Source: Candidatus Omnitrophota bacterium
Lineage (GTDB): Bacteria; Omnitrophota; Gorgyraeia; Gygaellales; Profunditerraquicolaceae
DNA length: 60,981 bases
Reading direction: 5' to 3'
NCBI GenBank assembly: GCA_037134795.1
Contig: JBAXLM010000001.1
Span: 1 to 60,981, forward strand
Under the pieces are notes generated by a model, which made no database searches, was not told the origin of the DNA, and worked only from the letters and a program-made list of their open reading frames with translations. A program made the translations under genes and the position numbers. This document shows positions 53,842 to 60,981 of the stretch, one piece after another; position 1 is the stretch's first letter, and each line of letters begins with the position of its first letter.

Positions 53842-53878
53842 AGAGAATCCTAACAATTATGTTGGGATTCTCTTTTTT
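53842..53878 (+). terminator. Intrinsic terminator
   Basis: AGAGAATCC (53842-50) pairs with GGATTCTCT (53865-73), followed by TTTTT. Confidence 0.7.
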
Positions 53879-53882
53879 ACAA

Positions 53883-53891
53883 TGGTATAAT
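53883..53891 (+). promoter_or_regulatory. Extended -10 promoter TGgTATAAT, ending 10 nt before the GH1 start codon
   Basis: TG at 53883-84, TATAAT at 53886-91, and the ATG at 53902. No SD. Confidence 0.5.
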
Positions 53892-53901
53892 ATAAACTAA
53901 T

Positions 53902-55119
53902 ATGGCAAATTTACCGCATGATTTTCTTTGTGGCGCAGCAACTTCGGCGCATCAGGTTGAAGGAGATAATATTCATAATGACTGGTGGGCTGCTGAGCAG
54001 AATGGCGCTTTAAAAGAGGCTTCTGGATGCGCTTGCCGCCATTATGAGCAATATAGCCAAGATTTTGCAATCGCCCAAGAGCTAAGCCATAATTGCCATC
54101 GTTTTTCTATAGAGTGGAGCCGCATTGAGCCCAAAGAGGGTATTTTCGACGCAGCTGCAATTGAACATTATCGTAAAGTTATCAGGGATTTGAGAAGCCG
54201 AGGAATCCAACCAGTAGTTACTTTGCTTCATTTTACTAACCCAGCTTGGTTTGCTCAGAAAGGCGGATGGGTAAAGTTTAAACTTAGGAAATATTTCCTG
54301 CGTTTTGTAGAAACAGTAGTAAAGGAATATGCTCATGAGGTGAAATTCTGGATTACTATAAATGAACCACTAGTTTATTCTTCGCATTCGTATTTATTGG
54401 GGGCTTGGCCTCCTAAGAAATGTTCATTATTTCAAACCGCTAAAGTAACGCTTAATTTAGCAGAAGCACATATTAAAGCCTACCATATCATCCATAAAAT
54501 TTATCAAGATAGGTCTTTAACAAAACCTTTTGTGTCTATCGCGGCAAATCTACAGGCATTTGAGATCTGCCAGCCGACAATAAAAAATAGGGTAGCTTTT
54601 TATTTACGGCATAAATTGTATAATCTTTATTTTATTGAACGGCTTTTACATTTTCGCACCCTGGATTACATAGGGATAAATTATTATGGCAGGAATTTGG
54701 TGCATGTAGAAGATTGGAGTTTAAGGAGTTTGTTGCTTGCTACCTGTAAATATAATCACCACCCATTACGCAAGAACTCCTTGGGTTGGGATATCTACCC
54801 GGAGGGCCTGTATAAACTTTTATTATTTTTTAAAAAATATCATCTACCGATTATAATTACTGAAAATGGCATTTGTACTAATGATGATGATTTAAGATGG
54901 GATTATATCCGTGAGCATTTACTGCAGGTGCATAAGGCAATGCAGGAGGGGGTTAAGGTAATCGGGTATATTTATTGGTCATTGATTGATAATTTTGAGT
55001 GGGATAAAGGTTTCACCCCACGTTTTGGCTTGGTAGATGTAGATTACCGTAGCCAGCAGCGTATAATTAGGCAAAGTGCAAGAAAATTGGCGGAAGTTTT
55101 TAAGACCAAAATAATTTAA
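53902..55119 (+). CDS. Glycoside hydrolase family 1 (beta-glucosidase-like)
   Basis: GAATSAHQVEG. Acid/base TINEP and nucleophile ITENG. C-terminal YWSLIDNFEW. Confidence 0.9.
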   Translation: MANLPHDFLCGAATSAHQVEGDNIHNDWWAAEQNGALKEASGCACRHYEQYSQDFAIAQELSHNCHRFSIEWSRIEPKEGIFDAAAIEHYRKVIRDLRSRGIQPVVTLLHFTNPAWFAQKGGWVKFKLRKYFLRFVETVVKEYAHEVKFWITINEPLVYSSHSYLLGAWPPKKCSLFQTAKVTLNLAEAHIKAYHIIHKIYQDRSLTKPFVSIAANLQAFEICQPTIKNRVAFYLRHKLYNLYFIERLLHFRTLDYIGINYYGRNLVHVEDWSLRSLLLATCKYNHHPLRKNSLGWDIYPEGLYKLLLFFKKYHLPIIITENGICTNDDDLRWDYIREHLLQVHKAMQEGVKVIGYIYWSLIDNFEWDKGFTPRFGLVDVDYRSQQRIIRQSARKLAEVFKTKII

Positions 55120-55120
55120 T

Positions 55121-57133
55121 ATGGACTATAAAGATAAAGAGTTTGTTATAAAAGAATTGCCATTTTTTGCTGGGGTTAGCAAAGCGCAGCTGGCAGCAAT
55201 TAATGCCAAAAGCGAGATTGTTGAATACCGTAAGGGCCAGTTGATTTATAAAGAAGGTTCTGCTCCGAGTGCTTTTTATTGCATTATCTCTGGGCGCGTG
55301 CAGATTTATATAAAAGATAACGCAGGCGAGTGTCTTGTTTTAGAGTATTTGCATCGCGGAAAATATTTTGGGATTATTTCTTTGCTTACAAGCGAGCCGC
55401 ATTCAGTTAGTAGCGAGGCGATAAATGATTGCACAATTCTAGTTATCAAGAAAGATAATTTTGATTTTCTGTTAAAGAGTATTCCTCGTCTGGCTATTGA
55501 TTTAAGCCGTACATTAAGCCGCCGTCTTAAGCGTAAAGATATACATCAGAAGAGAATATTTGAGAGTACGGTTATTTCAGTTTTTAGTTCCTATTCTCAA
55601 TCGGGTAAGACTACCTATGCCTTAAATCTTGCGCTTAGCCTTAATCGCGAGACACATAAATCAGTGATCATACTGGATATCTTGCCTCAAGATAAGACGC
55701 ACACATTACCGCATAAGTTAGCGCTGGATGTGCCGGCTGCGCTGAATCTATCTTCTCAAGCTGAGATTCGTACTTTACCACAGGATTTTATTTCTAAAAG
55801 TAAATTTGGCGTTGATCTTTTTTGTTTTTATTATTCCGAAGATGATTCTGCTTGTTTGAAGAGGTTAATTGAAATAATCAGTTTTTTAGTCAATGATTAT
55901 CATTATATTATTTTAGATTTGCCCGCGGCTATGGATCGGGCGATTATCAGCATGCTTAATCAGTCTGATTTGATCCATATATTAAGTAGCCCAGAGGCTG
56001 TGGATTTAAAGCGTACCAATAATCTGATTAGCCGGCTTAAGAGGGATTTTAATTTTGATGCCCAAAAGATAAAAACAATTATAAATGAATATAAGTTAGC
56101 CAGGATTAATTATAGCGATCAGTTAGACATTTTAGGGCAGGAAATTTTTGCTACCATTCCGAGAATAGGCTTTAATGCAGCAGAGCGTTTAATTATTGAT
56201 CAGCCGGATTGTGAATATTCTAAGGCTGTCAGAAGGATCGCCCGGCAACTTGGCGATTGTTTGGTGGGCTTGGTTCTGGGTGTAGGCGTGGGGTATGGAT
56301 TTTGTCATGTAGGCGTATTAAAAGTTATCGAAGAAGAAAATATTCCCATTGATATTATTGCGGGTTCAAGTATTGGTGCGCTTATTGCCAGTCTTTGGGC
56401 TATAGGTAAAAGTAGTAAAGAGATTTTAGAGATTACCCGGGAATTTAAAGAGCCTAAACATATTTGGGGGCTGATTGATATGACTTTTCCCCGGCTGGGT
56501 TTTATTAAGGGCAATAAGTTTTATCGTTTCTTAAGAAAGCATTTAGGTAGTAAAACATTTTATGATGTAAAATTGCCTTTAAAGATAATTGCCAGTGATG
56601 TGCGCAAAAAAGAGCCGAGAATTTTAGACAAAGGCCTCTTAGTTGATGCTATAATGGCTAGTTGTTCAATGCCAGGTATATTTGCTCCCTTTAAATTCAA
56701 AGGAGAGATGCTTCTTGATGGCGGGGTGACTTATCCGTTGCCAACTGAGCCGTTATTAAAGATGGGAGTGAGGAAAATTATTGCTGTAAATGTAACTCCT
56801 TCGCGGGAAGATATCTTGAACCAAGTGCAAAGGTTAAAAAATAACCTTTCTTCTGAAACGAAAGAAAGTGTCCCGAAAAATAAACCGTTTGATTTATTAG
56901 GCCGTTTAAAAAGTATTTTTAACTTAAACATAGTGGATATTATTTTTAGTAGTGTTGAGGTGTTGCAATCTGAAGTAGCTAGGCGTGAGGGTGAGCTAGC
57001 GGATATTGTATTACATCCGGATACTTCTGGTTTATTTTGGTTGGAATTGCATAAGGCTGATGAGTTTGCTCGCAGGGGTGAGGTTGAGGCGCGTAAAAAC
57101 TTAGATAAAATTTGGCAATTGATTAATGAATAG
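55121..57133 (+). CDS. Three-domain protein: cyclic-nucleotide-binding domain, MinD/ParA-like domain with degenerate P-loop, and patatin-like phospholipase
   Basis: Residues 10-130 are Crp/cNMP-like (FFAGV...GKYFGIISLL). Residues 150-375 are MinD-like (VISVFSSYSQSGKTT, YIILDLP). Residues 385-560 are patatin (GVGVGYG, G-S-S417-I-G, D533-G-G). Confidence 0.8.
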   Translation: MDYKDKEFVIKELPFFAGVSKAQLAAINAKSEIVEYRKGQLIYKEGSAPSAFYCIISGRVQIYIKDNAGECLVLEYLHRGKYFGIISLLTSEPHSVSSEAINDCTILVIKKDNFDFLLKSIPRLAIDLSRTLSRRLKRKDIHQKRIFESTVISVFSSYSQSGKTTYALNLALSLNRETHKSVIILDILPQDKTHTLPHKLALDVPAALNLSSQAEIRTLPQDFISKSKFGVDLFCFYYSEDDSACLKRLIEIISFLVNDYHYIILDLPAAMDRAIISMLNQSDLIHILSSPEAVDLKRTNNLISRLKRDFNFDAQKIKTIINEYKLARINYSDQLDILGQEIFATIPRIGFNAAERLIIDQPDCEYSKAVRRIARQLGDCLVGLVLGVGVGYGFCHVGVLKVIEEENIPIDIIAGSSIGALIASLWAIGKSSKEILEITREFKEPKHIWGLIDMTFPRLGFIKGNKFYRFLRKHLGSKTFYDVKLPLKIIASDVRKKEPRILDKGLLVDAIMASCSMPGIFAPFKFKGEMLLDGGVTYPLPTEPLLKMGVRKIIAVNVTPSREDILNQVQRLKNNLSSETKESVPKNKPFDLLGRLKSIFNLNIVDIIFSSVEVLQSEVARREGELADIVLHPDTSGLFWLELHKADEFARRGEVEARKNLDKIWQLINE

Positions 57134-57146
57134 GCGAGGAGGGATA

Positions 57147-57629
57147 ATGAAAAGAAGTATGTGTTTTGTTCTAACTACTACCTGCTGTCTGCTAGCTACT
57201 GTTTTTTTCGGGTGTGCGGCAGTTAAAGAAATGGGCAAGGGTTTTGTCGGGGTATCAACTGAGGTTTTAGAATCTAAACGTAAAGATTCCCTGAAGAAGT
57301 CTTTTGCTTTAGACTATAATAATTGCTATAAAGAGGTAAAAGAGTTGTTAAAAGGAAAAGAAATACAAGCAGGGAATGGAATACAAGCAGAGAATGAGCC
57401 TTATATCTATGCAGAGGACCTTAACAAAAAGATGATTGCGCTCTATCTTTCACAGATAGATACAGCGCCGGTAGGGATATTTTTTACTGAGGAAGCAAAA
57501 AATAAAACTTTAATTGAGGTATCCAGTCCGAGCAGCTATGCTAAGGAGCTTATTGCTAAGAAGATCTTTGCCGGAATTGATGTATTAATTAATCCAAAGA
57601 TTAAGGAGAATAAAATTAATGTTAAATAA
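57147..57629 (+). CDS. Lipoprotein of unknown function
   Basis: SD GGAGGG before the ATG at 57147. Lipobox FFGCAA. Contains an 18-nt tandem duplication (57363-57398). Confidence 0.5.
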   Translation: MKRSMCFVLTTTCCLLATVFFGCAAVKEMGKGFVGVSTEVLESKRKDSLKKSFALDYNNCYKEVKELLKGKEIQAGNGIQAENEPYIYAEDLNKKMIALYLSQIDTAPVGIFFTEEAKNKTLIEVSSPSSYAKELIAKKIFAGIDVLINPKIKENKINVK

Positions 57630-57927
57630 AAAACCGGCGATTAATGATTTAATTAAAGAGTGCCATCGTATTGCCAAAAGCAAAGGTTGGTGGATAGATG
57701 AGCGTAATGACGGAGAATTGATAGCGCTTATGCATTCAGAGTTATCTGAGGCCTTAGAGGCAATGCGCAATCACAGGGATAAGGGCGAGCTAGCTGAGGA
57801 GCTAGCTGATTGTTGTATCCGCATATTTGATTATTGCGGCTCTCGTAAAATTGATCTGGAAAAGGCGCTATTAAAAAAAATAGAATATAATAAGACGCGG
57901 CCATACCGTCACGGAAAGAAGTTCTAA
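57619..57927 (+). CDS. MazG-like nucleoside triphosphate pyrophosphohydrolase (small all-alpha NTP-PPase)
   Basis: 102 aa. Metal-binding pattern HSELSEALEA ... AEELADCCIR (E..E ... E..D). Overlaps the upstream gene by 11 nt. Confidence 0.7.
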   Translation: MLNKKPAINDLIKECHRIAKSKGWWIDERNDGELIALMHSELSEALEAMRNHRDKGELAEELADCCIRIFDYCGSRKIDLEKALLKKIEYNKTRPYRHGKKF

Positions 57928-57936
57928 GGAGGAATT

Positions 57937-58170
57937 ATGCCATACGATAGCAATTTGGATGCGCAGGTTTTTAGTAGGTTTTGGGAGAATGATGCAGGCA
58001 AAGTTGTAGTAAGCGTTTATTCTTATAATAACGGCCCTAAGAAAATTCAAATAGTTCGCGAGATTAAGGATAGAAATGGCGAGTATGCCTTTGCAAAACT
58101 TGGGCGGTTAATAAAAGAAGAAGCTGAAGGTATATTACCGTTGATTCAAGAAGCGCTTAAAGCTATGTAG
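57937..58170 (+). CDS. PC4/YdbC-like putative ssDNA-binding protein
   Basis: 77 aa. VVVSVYSYNNGPKKIQIVRE...AKLGRLIKEEAEGILPLIQEAL mirrors the YdbC pattern (beta-sheet segment, then a G.. T/L.EE...L C-terminal helix). Confidence 0.45.
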   Translation: MPYDSNLDAQVFSRFWENDAGKVVVSVYSYNNGPKKIQIVREIKDRNGEYAFAKLGRLIKEEAEGILPLIQEALKAM

Positions 58171-58253
58171 GAATTATGGTTGTGGGTAATTTTTGTTTTT
58201 CTTCTTTTCTTTTTAGGGAATTTGTGTACAATATAGCAAGTGTGAAAACTTTA

Positions 58254-58325
58254 GCCGAGGTAGCTCAGTGGTAGAGCGCGGCCCTGAAAAGGCCGGCGTG
58301 GGAAGTTCGATTCTTCTCCTCGGCA
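58254..58325 (+). tRNA. tRNA-Phe (anticodon GAA), CCA not encoded
   Basis: Manual cloverleaf: acceptor GCCGAGG/CCTCGGC, D arm GCTC-AGTGGTA-GAGC, anticodon arm CGGCC-CTGAAAA-GGCCG, T arm GGAAG-TTCGATT-CTTCT, discriminator A. Confidence 0.93.
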
Positions 58326-58333
58326 TTTTATAA

Positions 58334-58363
58334 AAAGAGGGGGTTTTATAACCCCTCTTTTTT
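58334..58363 (+). terminator. Intrinsic terminator after tRNA-Phe
   Basis: AAAGAGGGG (58334-42) pairs with CCCCTCTTT (58352-60), followed by TTT. Confidence 0.75.
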
Positions 58364-58396
58364 ATTGTATTTAGGCGTAATTTACTCAAAATAAAG

Positions 58397-59833
58397 ATGA
58401 TTGAGAATATTAATTCAAAGTCCTACGAATGTTGTATTATAGGCGCAGGTCCAGCGGGTTTAGGGGTCGCATATGAACTAGTCAAAAATGGCGTTAAGGA
58501 TATTTTAATCATAGATAAGAATAAGCTGGTAGGAGGATTAGCCAGAACAGAAGTTTTTAATGGCACCAGGTTTGATATCGGTCCGCACCGTTTTTATACT
58601 AAAAACAAAGAAGTTGATAAGATTTGGCATGATACTTTAGGTTCGGTTTTTCAGCCCGTAACTCGCTTTTCTAGAATATACTATAAAAATAAGTATTTTA
58701 GCTATCCGATAAAACCCATAGATGTATTAATAAAAATGGGGCCTCTGGGTTCTTTAAACGCAACACTTTCCTTTTTTGCTTCTCAAATGAGTAAAAAAAA
58801 TAAGCCAATTACTTTTGAAGAATGGATAGTTCAGAAGTTTGGCCGTAAATTGTATGAAACTTTTTTTAAAACATACACGGAAAAAGTGTGGGGGATTCCT
58901 TGTAATCAGATAGGAGCAGAATGGGCTGCCCAAAGGATTAAAAATTTAGATGTTCTTGAGGTTCTTAAAAATGCGCTGTTTAAAGATAAAAATAAAAAAA
59001 TAAAGACGCTTATTGAAAAATTTTATTTTCCGGTTTTAGGTGCTGGTCAAATGTATGAAACTATGTGTGAAAAGTTAGTTTCGCAGGGCGTTGAATTAAT
59101 GCTAGAAAGCAAAGTTATCCGATTTAACCGACAAGATAATACTGTCAAATCGATAGATGTTTTAAAATCTGACGGCGAAAAAATAAACATTAACGCTAAA
59201 CAGTTCTTTAGCAGTGTTCCTTTAGCTCATTATTTTAGAATGTTAAATCCTGTCGAGTCGCATCAAATTCTTGATTCTGCGGAAATGTTGAGGTATAGGG
59301 ATCATATTACTGTTGATTTATTAATAGGGAGAAAAAAAGTTTTTCCAGATCAATGGATTTATGTGCATTCTCCGGATGTACAAACCGCCAGAATATCTAA
59401 TTATAAAAACTTTTCAAAAAAAATGGTGGAAGATGAAAATAAAACAGGTTTGTGCGTTGAATACTTTGCTAATATGTCCGATAACCTTTGGAATAAAACA
59501 GATGAATTTTTGGCAGCTTTGGCGATTAGTGAATTAGAAAAAATGTGTTTGATAAAAAGGGGTGAGGTCCAAAGGCATTGGATTGTCCGTGAAACAGAGG
59601 CTTATCCTATTTATTATTTGGGTTTTGGCGATCACTATAACCTGTTGAAATCGAGAGTAGACCAATTTGTTAACTTCTATTCCGTTGGAAGAGCAGGTAT
59701 GCATAAGTATAACAATCAAGATCATTCCCTTATTAGCGGTGTATTGGCAGCTCGGAACTATCTCAAATTACCCGGTGCTCCTTATGTGCTGTGGGATATT
59801 AATGTCGATGCTGAATACTACGAGAGCGCCTAA
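58397..59833 (+). CDS. FAD-dependent oxidoreductase (amine-oxidase / UDP-galactopyranose-mutase-like fold)
   Basis: N-terminal dinucleotide-binding CCIIGAGPAGLGVAYEL...IIDKN. 478 aa. Confidence 0.75.
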   Translation: MIENINSKSYECCIIGAGPAGLGVAYELVKNGVKDILIIDKNKLVGGLARTEVFNGTRFDIGPHRFYTKNKEVDKIWHDTLGSVFQPVTRFSRIYYKNKYFSYPIKPIDVLIKMGPLGSLNATLSFFASQMSKKNKPITFEEWIVQKFGRKLYETFFKTYTEKVWGIPCNQIGAEWAAQRIKNLDVLEVLKNALFKDKNKKIKTLIEKFYFPVLGAGQMYETMCEKLVSQGVELMLESKVIRFNRQDNTVKSIDVLKSDGEKININAKQFFSSVPLAHYFRMLNPVESHQILDSAEMLRYRDHITVDLLIGRKKVFPDQWIYVHSPDVQTARISNYKNFSKKMVEDENKTGLCVEYFANMSDNLWNKTDEFLAALAISELEKMCLIKRGEVQRHWIVRETEAYPIYYLGFGDHYNLLKSRVDQFVNFYSVGRAGMHKYNNQDHSLISGVLAARNYLKLPGAPYVLWDINVDAEYYESA

Positions 59834-59866
59834 AATATATAGGTAGGATTATTATAAAGTAAATTA

Positions 59867-60981
59867 TCAAATTTTTAATAGGACAACGATGCAGATAATT
59901 ATTAAAGGTAGAAATAAGATAGGCGTAAATTTTAATATCGGCTTGTTAAGAAACCGATCTACGTTTAGATACCATAGGTCAAATCCCTTATAATAAGAAA
60001 CGACAGAAGTATCTACCTGTGTTTCTGAATTTATCCCGAATTCAGAAAGGCTATATACATTATTTTTTCTAACCAGCTTATGTTTTAATATTATAAGCGA
60101 CCCGACAATCTGGGCTGGCATACCTTTGCGTACGCCTTCCTGTTCGTTTGCATTACAAATCCTAAGGTACTCAAGGTTTCCCTGCAGAATACTGATTCCC
60201 TGAATAGAAACGGATAAGAAAATAAGAGTTATTAATATTGCTTTAACCGCTCCTTTTTTGTAAAAAAAGATGTAGCAGGGTATAAGCCATAATGGAGCTA
60301 CTGGAACTAAATATCTCGGCCCCCAGGAGCTTCCTCCGTGCCAGCCATACCATATACAGGTTAAAATGAAATTAAGCGCGATGATAGAGATAAAAAAGAC
60401 TGCTTCCTTCCGGAATGTTTTAAAAAATTTAAAATACCCCAAAATCCCCAGAATAAATAAGGGGTTATAAATGAATACTCCTTTGTCAAGCCAGTAGAGC
60501 AGCTTTGCCGCATGTTCTTTAATTCCTGATAAATAAAAATTACCTGCTTCTTTGCCGTATCCAAATTCAAAAAATTCTCCAAATCTTATATAATTCAGGA
60601 AAAGAATAAATCCAAAGCCTAGTAGTGTGATAAAAATAAATATACTTGCGCGCGCAAGGAGGCCCTTCATATTTTTTCTGTTTTTCATTAAGATGTATAA
60701 AAGAAAAATAGGCAGGTAAAATATATATAGGGTTTTCAATAAAAGCAAACAGGATAGAGAGAGCGCCCCTAAGCCTACTTCTTTAAGGCTATTTTTAAGC
60801 AAGCAATAAACAGCCAGAAAGAGAAAAAACATTTGGGTTGTTTCAGGGAAGTCCCAGACGCTATAACGCCAGCAGAAAGTCCCAAGGCCTAATAATAGGG
60901 CCATGATCAGGGATATACGGTTAGAGTTTCCGAAAAACCTGATGAGGTAGAACATTATTACGCAGGCACCGGCGCCAAAAA
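59867..60981 (-). CDS. GT-C-fold polytopic membrane glycosyltransferase (ArnT/PMT-like), 5' end outside the window
   Basis: Many TM helices and the motif GGSSWGPRYLVP. The reading frame stays open upstream of the M at 60955 to the window edge (...FGAGACVIM...). Confidence 0.55.
   Translation of the reverse strand, partial: FGAGACVIMFYLIRFFGNSNRISLIMALLLGLGTFCWRYSVWDFPETTQMFFLFLAVYCLLKNSLKEVGLGALSLSCLLLLKTLYIFYLPIFLLYILMKNRKNMKGLLARASIFIFITLLGFGFILFLNYIRFGEFFEFGYGKEAGNFYLSGIKEHAAKLLYWLDKGVFIYNPLFILGILGYFKFFKTFRKEAVFFISIIALNFILTCIWYGWHGGSSWGPRYLVPVAPLWLIPCYIFFYKKGAVKAILITLIFLSVSIQGISILQGNLEYLRICNANEQEGVRKGMPAQIVGSLIILKHKLVRKNNVYSLSEFGINSETQVDTSVVSYYKGFDLWYLNVDRFLNKPILKFTPILFLPLIIICIVVLLKI

Noticed and set aside
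57363-57398. An 18-nt tandem duplication (ATACAAGCAGGGAATGGA / ATACAAGCAGAGAATGAG), checked together with a 12-nt microrepeat at about 12817-12850 as possible CRISPR or VNTR signals.
   Set aside because: There are only two adjacent copies and no spacers. Both repeats are in frame inside coding sequences (IQAGNG-IQAENE in the lipoprotein, EKLKEKLK in SecA). No CRISPR-like array exists anywhere in the window.
58171-58253. A 20-codon ORF (MVVGNFCFSSFLFREFVYNI) and a possible promoter in the spacer before tRNA-Phe.
   Set aside because: The ORF has no SD and sits in a T-rich low-complexity sequence. A TACAAT box (58227-32) exists, but it lacks a convincing -35 or a correctly spaced TG extension, so it was not called.

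Overview
This is an AT-rich, very gene-dense bacterial window with about 70 CDS and 1 tRNA, mostly on the plus strand with short gaps or overlapping stop/start codons. I recognised no rRNA, CRISPR array, transposase or integrase. Most genes are housekeeping or envelope genes of a diderm: comEA-comEC, bamD-lptE-holA, rpsT, murJ, a short uvrC, pilT, prfB (with the classical +1 frameshift), secA, lnt, an LpxL-family acyltransferase, a TonB-dependent receptor, uppP, mnmA and nadA. A strongly anaerobe-type O2/NO detoxification island sits at 36.2-41.7 kb (Rrf2 regulator, Hcp, superoxide reductase, rubredoxin, FNR-like reductase, flavodiiron protein, glutaredoxin-like protein). It is followed by an Fe-S/sulfur-transfer block (Nfu, LarE-family PP-loop enzyme, NifS) and birA. 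By inference only, the organism looks like an uncultivated anaerobic Gram-negative lineage. The candidates most worth a second look are: (1) a compact, apparently leaderless operon at 53.9-58.2 kb encoding GH1 glycosidase, a three-domain cNMP-binding/MinD-like/patatin phospholipase, a lipoprotein, a MazG-like protein and a PC4/YdbC-like protein, ending at tRNA-Phe. (2) A 23-bp 11-1-11 palindrome overlapping the promoter of the Rrf2-hcp island, plus an unannotated 27-codon Cys-containing ORF with a strong SD. (3) An AmrS-type radical SAM gene without Memo or AMMECR1 partners, overlapping a PP-loop ATPase gene. (4) A divergent DegT / CelD-like acyltransferase / paired mini-EamA cluster. (5) Several GC-rich, highly structured intergenic elements, and one in-frame GC-rich palindromic insertion in uvrC. 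(6) At least six genes whose promoters abut the start codon, implying leaderless mRNAs. (7) An unannotated 26-codon basic ORF resembling ribosomal protein THX. All functional calls come from motif recognition by eye; no database search was run.
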